NCBI GenBank assembly: GCA_963745835.1
Contig: CAVUZH010000015.1
Location: 1 to 64,000, forward strand
DNA: 64,000 nt
Reading direction: 5' to 3'
From: an uncultured delta proteobacterium
GTDB taxonomy: Bacteria; Desulfobacterota; Binatia; UBA9968
The notes under the pieces are model-generated. The model saw nothing but the letters and a program-made list of their open reading frames with translations, had not been told where the DNA came from and ran no database searches. Positions 28,724-38,249 of the stretch are shown here, piece by piece (position 1 is the stretch's first letter; each line of letters opens with the position of its first letter). The position numbers and the translations under genes are program-made.

Positions 28724-29833
28724 ATGACGTTCGATGCGGATTCCCACGTAGAAGAGTCGCCGCAAACGTGGAAACATCTGGAGGAAAAATTTGCCCGGCG
28801 GCGACCGATTCCCATCACACTCGAAGATCAACCCGCTCTTTTGGGACAAAATTCTTTCTGGCTCATCGACGGCGCCGTGGTGCCGCGCACGAGCGGCAAA
28901 GGATTGTCGCTGTTCGGCACACCGACCACGTCTCGCCACGCCCGGGAAAAACCCTTTTCTGTCGGTAGCCAGGAATTGACCGATGTGGAGGCGAGAATCC
29001 GGGATCTCGATAGATTCGGCATCGACACGCAGACCATCAATTCCACGCTGCTGAACGCCACTCTCTCGCCCGACATCGAATTTGAGTATGCCCTGTGCCG
29101 CGCCTACAACACCTGGATTCATGAAATCTGCGAGCAAAGCTCCGGCCGGCTCAGGTGGAACGCCATGCTCCGGCTGACGCAGATCGATAAAGCTTTGGAC
29201 GAGCTGCGTCGCGTGGAAGCGCTCGGCGCGGCAGCGGCCGAGATTCATGGCATGGCGGGCGACAAGCTCCTCGATAGCCGCGAGTTCGACCCGTTTTGGG
29301 CGGAAGCGGAGCGATTGAAAATGCCCGTGTATGTTCACATAGGTTTTGAAAGCCCCACGTTCACCGGACTGTTCCAAAATCTTTTCATGTCGATTGCGTT
29401 CTCGAACCGGGCATCGCTGTTGATGGGATTTCTCGCCATCGTGGGCACAGGAGTCGCCGAGCGCTTTCCGCGCCTGCGCTTCGCTTTTGCCGAAGCAGGC
29501 ATCGAATGGCTGCCGTGGCTCACACACGTCATGGACTCTTATTGGCGCATGGGGCAGGGCATCTTTAAAAACGATCCCGGCTTCGGCCACTCGCAAACCA
29601 AACCCAGCGAGATCCTCCGCGGCGGCAACATTTACGTCATCTGCGAAGAAGACGAGGACCTGCGCGAGCCGCTCAAGTTGATCAGTGAAGACCGGATCAT
29701 GCTCGGTTCCGACATGCCGCATTCGGAAAGTCACCCCAACTCATTGCAAAAATTCCAGGAACGAAGCGACTTGGGCGCCGTGAGCAAAGCCAAGATTCTA
29801 AACGACAATGCCCAGCGGTTTTTTTCACGCTGA
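28724..29833 (+). CDS. Amidohydrolase_2 family protein
   Basis: DADSHVEE, RAYNTW, VYVH, AEAG..W, GSDMPH. Confidence 0.9.
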   Translation: MTFDADSHVEESPQTWKHLEEKFARRRPIPITLEDQPALLGQNSFWLIDGAVVPRTSGKGLSLFGTPTTSRHAREKPFSVGSQELTDVEARIRDLDRFGIDTQTINSTLLNATLSPDIEFEYALCRAYNTWIHEICEQSSGRLRWNAMLRLTQIDKALDELRRVEALGAAAAEIHGMAGDKLLDSREFDPFWAEAERLKMPVYVHIGFESPTFTGLFQNLFMSIAFSNRASLLMGFLAIVGTGVAERFPRLRFAFAEAGIEWLPWLTHVMDSYWRMGQGIFKNDPGFGHSQTKPSEILRGGNIYVICEEDEDLREPLKLISEDRIMLGSDMPHSESHPNSLQKFQERSDLGAVSKAKILNDNAQRFFSR

Positions 29834-29838
29834 TCCCG

Positions 29839-30630
29839 ATGCAGCTAGACGGAAAACTGGCCCTCATCACGGGCGCCGGCCGCGGCATCGGCAAAGCGAT
29901 TGCGATCGGCTTCGCTCATCAGGGCGCCAACATTATCGCGGTCTCGCGGACCTCCGCTCAAGTCGAAGAAACCGCGCGCGAAGTGCAGGCGTTGGGTAGG
30001 CGAGCGCTCGCGATGGAAGCCGATGTCTCTCGGTTGGATGACGTTCGATCGATGGCTGAACAGGTGCAGCATAACTTCGGCGGTTTGGATATGCTGGTGA
30101 ACAATGCCGCGTTGCGTATGAACCAGTTGGGGAAGAAAGACAGTTACACCATTCCGTTTACCGAGCTGACGATTGAGGATTGGGACAGCGCGATCAATGT
30201 CAATCTGCGCGGGCCGTTTCTGTGCATTCGAGAGCTTCTGCCGCTTATTCGTAAACGCGGCGGCGGCAGCATCATCAATATCTCCGCCGGCGGCGGCAAA
30301 AGAGGAATGGCGGGACGATCGCCGTATTGCGCTTCGAAATTCGCGCTTGAAGGATTGACCCAGACGCTGGCGTTGGAGTTTCAATCCTTGAACATAGCCG
30401 TCAACTCATTGTCGCCTGGAAAGCATTCGATTTTCACCGACGAAGAGAAGCGGGAACAACTGAAGGCCGACCCGCAGCGTGTGTTCATGAGGCCGGAGAT
30501 GATGGTGCCGCCAGCGGTTTTTCTGGCGCTGCAGAACGGCTCCGGTGTCACCGGACAGCATGTCGAGGCATTAGAGTGGGTCGCGCAAAACGGTTTCGGC
30601 CGAATGGAAGATTGGAAATTCGAAGTTTGA
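29839..30630 (+). CDS. Short-chain dehydrogenase/reductase
   Basis: TGAGRGIG, NNAA, YCASK. Confidence 0.95.
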   Translation: MQLDGKLALITGAGRGIGKAIAIGFAHQGANIIAVSRTSAQVEETAREVQALGRRALAMEADVSRLDDVRSMAEQVQHNFGGLDMLVNNAALRMNQLGKKDSYTIPFTELTIEDWDSAINVNLRGPFLCIRELLPLIRKRGGGSIINISAGGGKRGMAGRSPYCASKFALEGLTQTLALEFQSLNIAVNSLSPGKHSIFTDEEKREQLKADPQRVFMRPEMMVPPAVFLALQNGSGVTGQHVEALEWVAQNGFGRMEDWKFEV

Positions 30631-30651
30631 AGTTTTGCCGAGGGAGGACAA

Positions 30652-31224
30652 ATGCCGATCAAAATTTACAAAGAAAAAATGGAATATCTGGATAAGGCGC
30701 TGGCGGAGCTGCCGCAAAAATCGGATCCCAAGGATTATCGCTCGACACCTAATGTGACCATTACCTGGGTGGAGAACTGCTCGGGAAAAACCAAGATCAG
30801 GGATCAGGAGCTGATTTCCGACGAGAACGCGCACAGCACGGGTTTCGGCAAAGGAGTGAGCCCGGGGCATACGTTTTTGGCCGGGTTCGGCTTCAGCCAT
30901 TTTACGCAGTGGGGGCGGGCGGCCGGAGTGCTCGATCTCGAGATCGATTCTCTGGAAGAGCAGGTGCGGGGCTGGTTCGACCGGCGCGGCGAATATCTTT
31001 ACGACTTGGGGTACGAGCACAAGGGATTCGAGGAAATTACCTTCGAGGTGAGGATCCAGAGCAAAGAGAGCGCAGAGAAGATTCGCGAATTCATCAAGTG
31101 GGCCGATCGCTCACCGCCGCACGCGACGCTGCGCCGGGCGGTGCGCTTGATCGGCATCTTTCATCTCAATGGAAAACGTCTTACCACCGCCGTGTATCAC
31201 CCGGATCGCACGGAGTGGCGATAA
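30652..31224 (+). CDS. OsmC-like protein lacking the catalytic cysteines
   Basis: LISDE..G.G.GVSP...LAG.GFS..TQ, EIDSLE..V.G.FD, FEEI.F.V.I.S, RSP..ATL. Ser at both usual Cys sites. Confidence 0.7.
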   Translation: MPIKIYKEKMEYLDKALAELPQKSDPKDYRSTPNVTITWVENCSGKTKIRDQELISDENAHSTGFGKGVSPGHTFLAGFGFSHFTQWGRAAGVLDLEIDSLEEQVRGWFDRRGEYLYDLGYEHKGFEEITFEVRIQSKESAEKIREFIKWADRSPPHATLRRAVRLIGIFHLNGKRLTTAVYHPDRTEWR

Positions 31225-31227
31225 TAG

Positions 31228-31322
31228 CCGTTCAACAGTTCGAACGTTCAATGGTTCAACGATTGCTGGCTCCTCGGATTGAACGTTTGGAACGATTGGA
31301 GTCGCTGGAACGTTTGGAACCG
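31228..31322. repeat. Periodic GTTC(A/G)A / (T/G)GAAC inverted repeat cluster
   Basis: GTTCAACAGTTCGAACGTTCAATGGTTCAA ... TTGAACGTTTGGAACGATTGGAGTCGCTGGAACGTTTGGAAC. Similar units near 48300, 50105 and 60647. Confidence 0.65.
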
Positions 31323-31710
31323 AGATCATCTTCCGGCCGTGATTGATATCCGAGGTCAAAATCAAGCGTCAAGTGTTTACCTTTGACATTGCTCCAGGTG
31401 CTTCCTGCAGGAGGGATCAGGCACAGACTTTTACTTCTAGACTTTTTGCTTTTTGTTTCGTTCATCCCTCACAGAGACATTTGAATTCAACTCCACAACT
31501 TCTTGCTGGGGATCGCCGCGTCCTACGTCGAATTAAAAGCAAAACTAAAGCTGCCCGGCTCTGACGGACACCATCAAAGGGCTTAAACAATCCGGGAGAG
31601 GCGTTCGATAGGAGAGCAGAGGCAATTTAGCACTGAGTTTAAACGCCCAGCCGTGCGACAAAAATAGAACGTTTATCGGTTGGGCTGAAAAGCTGCCTCT
31701 GAGGAAAACG

Positions 31711-31830
31711 ATGCCGAGAGCTAGCCGTCATTTTCTCGCTGGGTGTATTTGGCATATCACTCACCGCTGCCACCAAAAGCAATTCCTACTGAAGTTCCCT
31801 CGAATCGTCGCCGATATTTACAATGCTTCC
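31711..31830 (+). pseudogene. N-terminal fragment of a RAYT-like transposase
   Basis: MPRASRHFLAGCIWHITHRCHQKQFLLKF. Confidence 0.7.
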
Positions 31831-31906
31831 TAATTAGGTCTCAGATTCGTGTCACGACGATTGCTGTCAATTGTCAAGGACAATAACGGAGCCTTCTCTC
31901 AGACGA

Positions 31907-32124
31907 CAACGGTTTCTTGACAAGGCTTTCGGTAATGAAAGGGAAATTGTCGGCGAGCAAGCGTCGATCCCGCCGTCGAGCGGGCGCACCCTGGTGATTC
32001 CTTTGGCTCGCAGCAGCAGCACCACCCGGGCGCTGGTCGCTTCGTTGGGTCACGAGCAGTAGAGAACGACGTGGCGCTCTTCGATCTCTTCCATGGCTAT
32101 ACGAAGCGCACCTGGAATCATCTG
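31907..32124 (-). repeat. Diverged partial copy of the DedA-rhodanese 3' end
   Basis: Colinear with about 23153-23396, with an internal deletion. UGA retained at 32050-32052; several synonymous differences. Confidence 0.9.
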
Positions 32125-32194
32125 AGCAGATGTTTGCCGATCGGCGCCACTCCGTTCGTTCAGATCATTCGGAAGTCATGCGCGATGGCTCGCG

Positions 32195-33217
32195 TCACTT
32201 GCGCACGCGCATGCCGAGCGTGGCGTCCCATTGAAGAATCTTGTCACTCCTGGGCAGCGGCGCTTCGGCAACTTCGCCGACTGACACGCCGTATTTCCAG
32301 TCCGCCGGGCAGATGGCGACGTAGCGCGCGTAGCCGCCCAGGCCGGCGGCGAATTTCGGATAGCCGATCGTAATTAAACAACCCTTCTCGGGGACTTTGT
32401 CCAAGTTCGCCACCCCTTCCGCCTGAGCGTAGCCGTTGTGCATCAGCCAAGCCTCTCCTTCGAGGGTGGGAGTGGTGTCGGTGTCGAGCGGCTCGTGGCC
32501 GTGAAATAGGATGTGACGTTCCTCGTGGAGAAATTGCAGCGCTTCCAACGAGACGCCGGGAAAAACGGTCTGGTTTGCCAGCGCCGGATCGGGCCAGCGC
32601 TTCGACCAATCCGAGCGCACCATCACCACCGAACCGGCCGGAATCTTGCCATTCCCTTTCTCCCAGCTTTCGATATCAGAGCGCTGGAGATGATAACCGG
32701 GATCTTTGGCCACCTGAGCGACGATGGAAATTACCGCCAGCGGGCGCACGGCATAGGTCGCCGGCAGCTCGTCAATGGCGGGAAACTCCGGCGCCCAGTG
32801 CGCCGGCGGATCGAGCTGGGTGCCGAATTGGTCGGTGGGCAAATTGTAGTGCGTCGCCTCGAAGCCGTCCTTTTCGTAAGTGTAAGGCTGTTTGGTTTCA
32901 GGATTGATCGTCGGAGCGAATTTCGCCGGCGCAAAGCCCTTCCACACCGGGATCGATGGCGTAAGGGTGTGTGTCAGATCGATGTACTTGGCTCCTTTAA
33001 GGGACCGATCGTAGACACGCCAAAGGTCGGACCGCGCTGAACCCCGCGATTCGTTTTTTTGGGCCGACGAAGCTTCACGTCCACAACCGGTCGTGAAGAC
33101 CATCGGACCCAAGACGAGAAACAAGAGAAACGACCTAAATGCCATAAGTGCACCCATAAAAACTCTCCGCTGCATATTGTTGTTTTGTCTCGGCAGAAAC
33201 AGTTCGCGATTGCGCAT
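32195..33217 (-). CDS. Cyclase/kynurenine-formamidase-like family lipoprotein
   Basis: YIDLTH, QFGTQLDPPAHW, RSDWS, GHEPLDTD, EGVANL; FTTGC lipobox-like motif. True start probably about 33146-33158. Confidence 0.85.
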   Translation of the reverse strand: MRNRELFLPRQNNNMQRRVFMGALMAFRSFLLFLVLGPMVFTTGCGREASSAQKNESRGSARSDLWRVYDRSLKGAKYIDLTHTLTPSIPVWKGFAPAKFAPTINPETKQPYTYEKDGFEATHYNLPTDQFGTQLDPPAHWAPEFPAIDELPATYAVRPLAVISIVAQVAKDPGYHLQRSDIESWEKGNGKIPAGSVVMVRSDWSKRWPDPALANQTVFPGVSLEALQFLHEERHILFHGHEPLDTDTTPTLEGEAWLMHNGYAQAEGVANLDKVPEKGCLITIGYPKFAAGLGGYARYVAICPADWKYGVSVGEVAEAPLPRSDKILQWDATLGMRVRK

Positions 33218-33321
33218 TGATGGCTCGTCCTAGGAGTCTCGACTATCGCCGTTTTTAGGCTGAATAGTACAGCCATGAATTGCAAATAATCTTTTGATTC
33301 GCAATGGACGCGAACGCGATT

Positions 33322-33358
33322 GAAAAAACGAAAAGGGCGGGTTAACGATCCGCCCTTT
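33322..33358 (-). terminator. Intrinsic terminator downstream of the cupin gene
   Basis: AAAGGGCGG-loop-CCGCCCTTT hairpin followed by a U-rich tail on the minus strand. Confidence 0.6.
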
Positions 33359-33430
33359 CATTTAGAAAGAGAAAGAGGAGCAAAAAAGGATTCAAATCTT
33401 CGTCCTTCTGCGGAGACGGCAGAAATAGTG

Positions 33431-33769
33431 TTACCCCCTCTCGTGGACGGTATTGTGGCCCGGCGTAATCGCAATCAGCACGGATGTTTCGTGCACGATC
33501 AGGCGATGCCAGAGTCCGGCCGGAACGATAAGTGCCGATCGCAACGGCAAAGGCGCGGTCCGTTCAAAGCCTTCCTTTCGAAACTCCACAGTGAGGGAGC
33601 CAGAAGACAAAATGAGGAGTTCGTCTCCCTCCGGATGCATTTCCCAATCCGGATAGTGCACATCCCGCGGCGTGCTCACCTCGTGAAGTGTCAGGATGAG
33701 TCCATCTATCAGATCGGGATTTGTCCCGGCGTTCCTGAAGAATTCAGCCGTTTTCGCATGAGGCCGCAT
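33431..33769 (-). CDS. Cupin-domain protein
   Basis: WEMHPEGDELL and IVPAGLWHR cupin motifs; 5' end uncertain. Confidence 0.8.
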   Translation of the reverse strand: MRPHAKTAEFFRNAGTNPDLIDGLILTLHEVSTPRDVHYPDWEMHPEGDELLILSSGSLTVEFRKEGFERTAPLPLRSALIVPAGLWHRLIVHETSVLIAITPGHNTVHERG

Positions 33770-33903
33770 GGACCCGTCCCGTGCCAGATAAATGCAACTG
33801 CCCGCCAGGCTGATGGAGGTCGGGGTTTAAGAGTGCAGTTCCGATATCATGTGTTTGGTTTCTTTTTTTTCGACAAATGCTTACGCGGAGCGAACACCCC
33901 GTT

Positions 33904-34332
33904 TCAGGTCGCCGTTTCGAGAAAGTCGGTCATCCGGTCGTCATTGGGTGCGATACCGTTCTTCTGGAGAACGATGCCCGCATTGCCCCGGTGATAGGTG
34001 CCGTGTAGACACACATGCAGAATGATCTCGCCGCGCTGCATGCGGGCCGGGCTTCCGTTGGTGAAGACGAAATCGATGGGTTGTTCAAAATCCTGTTCCG
34101 GCAAATTGCCGACATAGAAAGTGTACCAGTCGTCCACTTCCTTCACTCCGGTCGCTAGGGTCTGGAAATCCGGCATTTCTTCCGAGCGCGGCGCATGAAA
34201 CGCGTGCGGCAAGCCCTGCAGGTGATGCTGAAACACCTTGTCGACGACATGGATGTGGTCGAGGAGAATCGCCACATCCTGGGCATCTAGCCGATCAAGG
34301 TTCTCGGCAACCACATCGTAAAGGCCGCCCAT
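33904..34332 (-). CDS. DinB-family protein, N-terminus apparently degraded
   Basis: LDHIHVVD, F.FTNG....M...EIILHVCLHGTYHRGN. Confidence 0.75.
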   Translation of the reverse strand: MGGLYDVVAENLDRLDAQDVAILLDHIHVVDKVFQHHLQGLPHAFHAPRSEEMPDFQTLATGVKEVDDWYTFYVGNLPEQDFEQPIDFVFTNGSPARMQRGEIILHVCLHGTYHRGNAGIVLQKNGIAPNDDRMTDFLETAT

Positions 34333-34441
34333 TGTTTGTAACGAACGAGCTGCGAAAAGGGATGAGACGTCATGAGGGCCGCCTTTCCGTAATGGCGGCG
34401 TCGCGACACGCGCAGCAACGCCTCTTAAATACACCCTAGAA

Positions 34442-34495
34442 CCATGAGCAGGCAGGTCAAGAGGCACAGACGTTCCTATGAGAATTCTTCTTATT
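34442..34495 (-). mobile_element. Orphan right end of an IS110 element related to 11201..12759
   Basis: CCATGAGCAGGCAGGTCAAGAGGCACAGACGTTCCTATGAGAATTCTTCTTATT is near-identical to 11205-11260. Confidence 0.75.
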
Positions 34496-34937
34496 TCTGC
34501 AGCGCCGGTGTTAGCTCCGTATCTTCGGCGCTAATGAAAGTTCATGACGTATCTGCGTTAGTCAATAAGCCGGAGAATGAAAGAGCCGATTGTATTACTC
34601 CTGTTGCCGATCGACAGTTTGTGGAACTTAATCCTTTGAACCTCGTCAGCCGCTTTCATTGTCACCGCTTCATCGCAAATGACCAACCCTTTTCCGCTGT
34701 TGACATCCTTCGCGTTCCAGGACTAGAGTAGGTTCTCTTCGCTAGTTGCATTTTGACCAACCGGGTCAGTCAGGGCCGGACCTCCGAGCTAGAGGAGTGT
34801 TCCAATGGCATCTACATACGACTTCGTCTCATCGTTTACATCAGTTCATCGCTGCTTCGTTTGCTTCTCGTAGTTACGGCCAAGTGGGTTAATCTCAGTT
34901 CTGTCACAGTAATACTGGCCTGATAATGAGTTAGGAG

Positions 34938-35204
34938 GTGAGTATGAGAGCGGAAATTATCTTGAAGCGCGAGGAGAAGGAACGCCTACTTGCCTGGACT
35001 TCCAGCAAATCACCGGCACGTTCGGTTCTTAGCAAAGCTGAGCCGAAACGTAATCAACGACAACTCGTCACGATAAGCTGCGATGAGCAAGCGGCTGCCG
35101 ACATCTTAAGAGTTGCCAAACGGCATCATGGCACTACTTGGAGAGTGATGTACAGTCAGATGAAGAGGCTTGGTCTACTGAAATCGACGCTTAACGAGAG
35201 ATAA
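34938..35204 (+). CDS. Hypothetical protein
   Basis: 88-aa ORF with AGGAGG RBS; no family recognised. Confidence 0.45.
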   Translation: MSMRAEIILKREEKERLLAWTSSKSPARSVLSKAEPKRNQRQLVTISCDEQAAADILRVAKRHHGTTWRVMYSQMKRLGLLKSTLNER

Positions 35205-35420
35205 GGCTAGTATGACGATCGAGTACGACCCGCCCTTAGACAGTGTTGAATATGGACAGAACAGCGGCGTCGTAGCCAACATCGATAGACAGCTCCAAAC
35301 AAGGCACCTATCTCCACGTTATCAGAAGCAAACCATAGGCGAGCAGAATCTGATGCCGAAAGCGAAGCTGATGATGTACGTCTATACAGGTAGTGCTGAG
35401 CGGGGAGGCCGAAGGGAGGA

Positions 35421-35639
35421 ATGTTGCCGCCGATGATTGCTTCAGAATACCAAGCCAATATCATACTTCATAAAGCAGTCCTTCATACAACAAGCGTTGG
35501 TTACGAGCTGAGAAAAACACTGAACGAAAGTCGCAAAAATGTCGAACACAGTCGGCGACTGATCGAAGAGACAGGAGTTATCTTGGATCAGTCGAGATTG
35601 CTTATCCTTGCTAGTCAACGGCTGACGTTGAAGGGTTAG
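35421..35639 (+). CDS. Hypothetical helical protein resembling the C-terminus of 37842..38249
   Basis: GGAGG RBS; shared N.ILH.A...LR....S....E.SR........L(D/E)QSR pattern. Confidence 0.45.
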   Translation: MLPPMIASEYQANIILHKAVLHTTSVGYELRKTLNESRKNVEHSRRLIEETGVILDQSRLLILASQRLTLKG

Positions 35640-36185
35640 CGCCCAGTGACTCACCGTGATCATTGAAGTTTGCAACCGGCTTACTTGTGAGAAATTGCCG
35701 CTTCATCTGCCAATCCACAACTCCTCACGGCGGGTGCTACTCATGAGTTTTGCTGATAGTAGCCGGTAGCCAATCAAGTTTTTTCTTTCTTGTCGGTCCT
35801 CGCTTACTGCTAACCTCTCGCGCAAGCGGTTCAGATGGCGGTGTGCCTGCTGAAAATTCTGCAACTTCACTAAAGGCAAAGAACGAAGCTCAACATCGCG
35901 TCGCAACATACTACAAGACTACTTTCTGTCGTAAAATTGTAATAAGCCCTTTTTGTAGCAACTTTTTGAGTTAGCAATCTGTCGCGAGATTCTTCTGGTT
36001 CATACTTCAGATTCCCTTTCAATCTGGCATACTTTAATAACAGTCGGAAAAATTTCGGCACGACTGTCCTAAAAGCGCTCGCTCATTCGTCGCGCTATTG
36101 AGTGAGGCATTCGGTGTCTGGCGGGGGAATGCAGCAGCAATGTCTCCAAAACTATTTTGGCGCAAAGCTTAAGGAGGTATGAACC

Positions 36186-36920
36186 ATGGCACAGGAGAAA
36201 ATCAATGCGACACGTCGACAAACCAATTTGCCGAACGAATCCGACGAATATCTGTCCAAGCGAGAAGAACTTCGACTGGCGGAAATTGAGCTGATGCGCC
36301 AGCGAGAGCGAGTAGCAGAACTTCGCCGGGGACTTCCGCAAGGCGCGGCGCTTCAGGATTATGCATTCGAAGAGGGTCCGGCGGACCTCGATGCCGGCGA
36401 CACGCCGATCCGCACCGTCCGCCTGAGCGAACTGTTCAGCGCGCCTCATCGTTCCTTGGTCCTCTATCAGTTTATGTTCGGCAAGAAGAACACCACCCCG
36501 TGCCCAATGTGCACGCTCTGGATCGATGGTTGGAATGGTGTCGCTCATCATCTGGCTCAGAACGTCGACGTCGCGATCGTGGCCGCGGCCGATCCGATGG
36601 CGTTGCGAGCACATGCACGCGCGCGCGGGTGGCACAAGCTTAGGCTACTGAGTTGCGGCGCCAATACGTTCAAATACGATCTCGGCAGCGAAGACCGCGA
36701 GGGGAATCAGGATTCGACCATTTCCGTTTTCACTCGAGATACGGACGGAACCCTGCGCCACTTCTACTCGGTTCATCCGTCTCTCGCGGGCGACATCGAG
36801 GAGCGCGGTATCGATCTTTACTCTCCCGTGTGGCATGTTTTGGATCTCACTCCACAGGGGCGCGGTGACTGGATGGCAGACCTTGGTTACGGCACTAACG
36901 TAAGCGCACCGCGTCGTTGA
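36186..36920 (+). CDS. DUF899 thioredoxin-like protein
   Basis: VAELRRGLP, LSELF, CPMC, ISVF.RD, LDLTPQGR; AGGAGG RBS. Confidence 0.9.
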   Translation: MAQEKINATRRQTNLPNESDEYLSKREELRLAEIELMRQRERVAELRRGLPQGAALQDYAFEEGPADLDAGDTPIRTVRLSELFSAPHRSLVLYQFMFGKKNTTPCPMCTLWIDGWNGVAHHLAQNVDVAIVAAADPMALRAHARARGWHKLRLLSCGANTFKYDLGSEDREGNQDSTISVFTRDTDGTLRHFYSVHPSLAGDIEERGIDLYSPVWHVLDLTPQGRGDWMADLGYGTNVSAPRR

Positions 36921-37014
36921 GTTTTCGTCAAGCCCGTCCTCTCTTGGTCAAAGACACAGGCGGGGGATGTCATGGCCCAGTGCATCCCAGTAATCGCCGC
37001 GCGGACGGCGCAAG

Positions 37015-37195
37015 AATAAATCGGCGCAAGAACCGCCACGGCACGTTCTGGGAGGACGGCTATCCAAGCCGATTATCATTGCATCAGTGCGTTGTCTATA
37101 TCGATTTGAACATGGTGCGCGCCGGAATGGTCAAGCATCCGCGCGCACGGGAACACAGCGGGTATCGCGAGATTCACAAGCCGCCTAGCCGCTAT
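37015..37195 (+). pseudogene. Internal fragment of a RAYT-like transposase
   Basis: NRRKNRHGTFWEDGY..LHQCVVYIDLNMVRAGMVKHP...HSGYREI. Confidence 0.75.
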
Positions 37196-37250
37196 CTATC
37201 CGATACGTTTGCTGCCCATTGCCGGTCTCTATCGAATCACATCAGGTGTC

Positions 37251-37532
37251 TCAAAATTCGATCTTCAAGGGCTGATGCACTAGCCAAGCAAGAATCTTCT
37301 GATCTTTTAAACTCCACGTACCCGACTTGAAGATCAGCATCACCAGATAATCGTCAGGGTCAGTTTGAGCTTTAAGCTTCTGCCAGACGTCTCTCGCCGG
37401 CTCATCTGCAGTGATCGCGTAATTTGATCCGTATAGCTTCACCCACTGATAGCTTCCGAGGACTTTGTAAAAAGCCTTATCTGCTTTGGACGTTTCCGCG
37501 TTACATTTGTAGGTGATGAGCAGAACAGCCAT
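37251..37532 (-). CDS. Small hypothetical protein, possibly ferredoxin-like fold
   Basis: MAVLLITY...Y..L......KL..S.Y.I......V...LK...D.DD.LV pattern. Confidence 0.5.
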   Translation of the reverse strand: MAVLLITYKCNAETSKADKAFYKVLGSYQWVKLYGSNYAITADEPARDVWQKLKAQTDPDDYLVMLIFKSGTWSLKDQKILAWLVHQPLKIEF

Positions 37533-37841
37533 TGGCGCATACCATAGCACACGACGCATAGACGGTGGGGAAAAAAAATTGCGGCCATGCTGAGGCGCTA
37601 CTCGGTTACTTCGTCATCGCTGCAGGTGCGGGTACTGTCGCTTCGGCCTTCGTCGGGTTTGTCCCCGCCAACTTACTGATCGCTCATAGGGCTTCTCTTG
37701 ATAACTCGCAGGGTGTAGAGGATTTTTGCGTCAGCCCGAGAAATCGACTTTAGCAGGGGCTTAGGAGGTTTATGAGGGTAAGTTGTTTAGGTATCAGTTT
37801 TTTGCAGAGCGTAGTTCCGATACTACAGCTACGAACCCGCC

Positions 37842-38249
37842 TCATCCGTTCCGTTTACGTTCCCTGGCAAGGAGCGCCCGCCTTGATTGTTCCAACACCC
37901 GGTCCATCTCCGCACGCAGCACTCGACTGCGCTCCATTGTGTGACAACTTCGCTCAAAGGCAGTTCTTAGCTGATCGAGAACCCGTTCGGATTTAAAGAT
38001 TGCCTGATGAAGGATGGTGTTGACCGCAGGTTTGCCGTCGTCTATCCACTTTCTGACGATTGCAATGCCCTCCATCCGGGCTTCTTGGGGAGTCATGAAA
38101 GTGCGGTTACAAGTGTATCTGGTAAATTCTTCTTTGTTACGTTCGACCCAATGTATATCAGAGAAAAACGTGCAGGCGTGGCCGGGATGAACCGGCTGAG
38201 TGGTGATGCTAAACTGATGACCTTTGTACCGATAGTATCTTGCGTCCAT
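37842..38249 (-). CDS. Hypothetical protein
   Basis: 135 aa, GAGGA RBS; YKGH.. start, F.T..EA...G....RKWID, helical tail. Confidence 0.6.
   Translation of the reverse strand: MDARYYRYKGHQFSITTQPVHPGHACTFFSDIHWVERNKEEFTRYTCNRTFMTPQEARMEGIAIVRKWIDDGKPAVNTILHQAIFKSERVLDQLRTAFERSCHTMERSRVLRAEMDRVLEQSRRALLARERKRNG

Noticed and set aside
31228-31322. Repeat cluster as a CRISPR array
   Set aside because: Units are about 7-9 nt with no unique spacers, and there are no cas genes.
37251-37532. Cas2-like protein indicating a CRISPR system
   Set aside because: Only vague fold resemblance; the acidic residue after the first strand is absent (ITYK); no cas1 or array.
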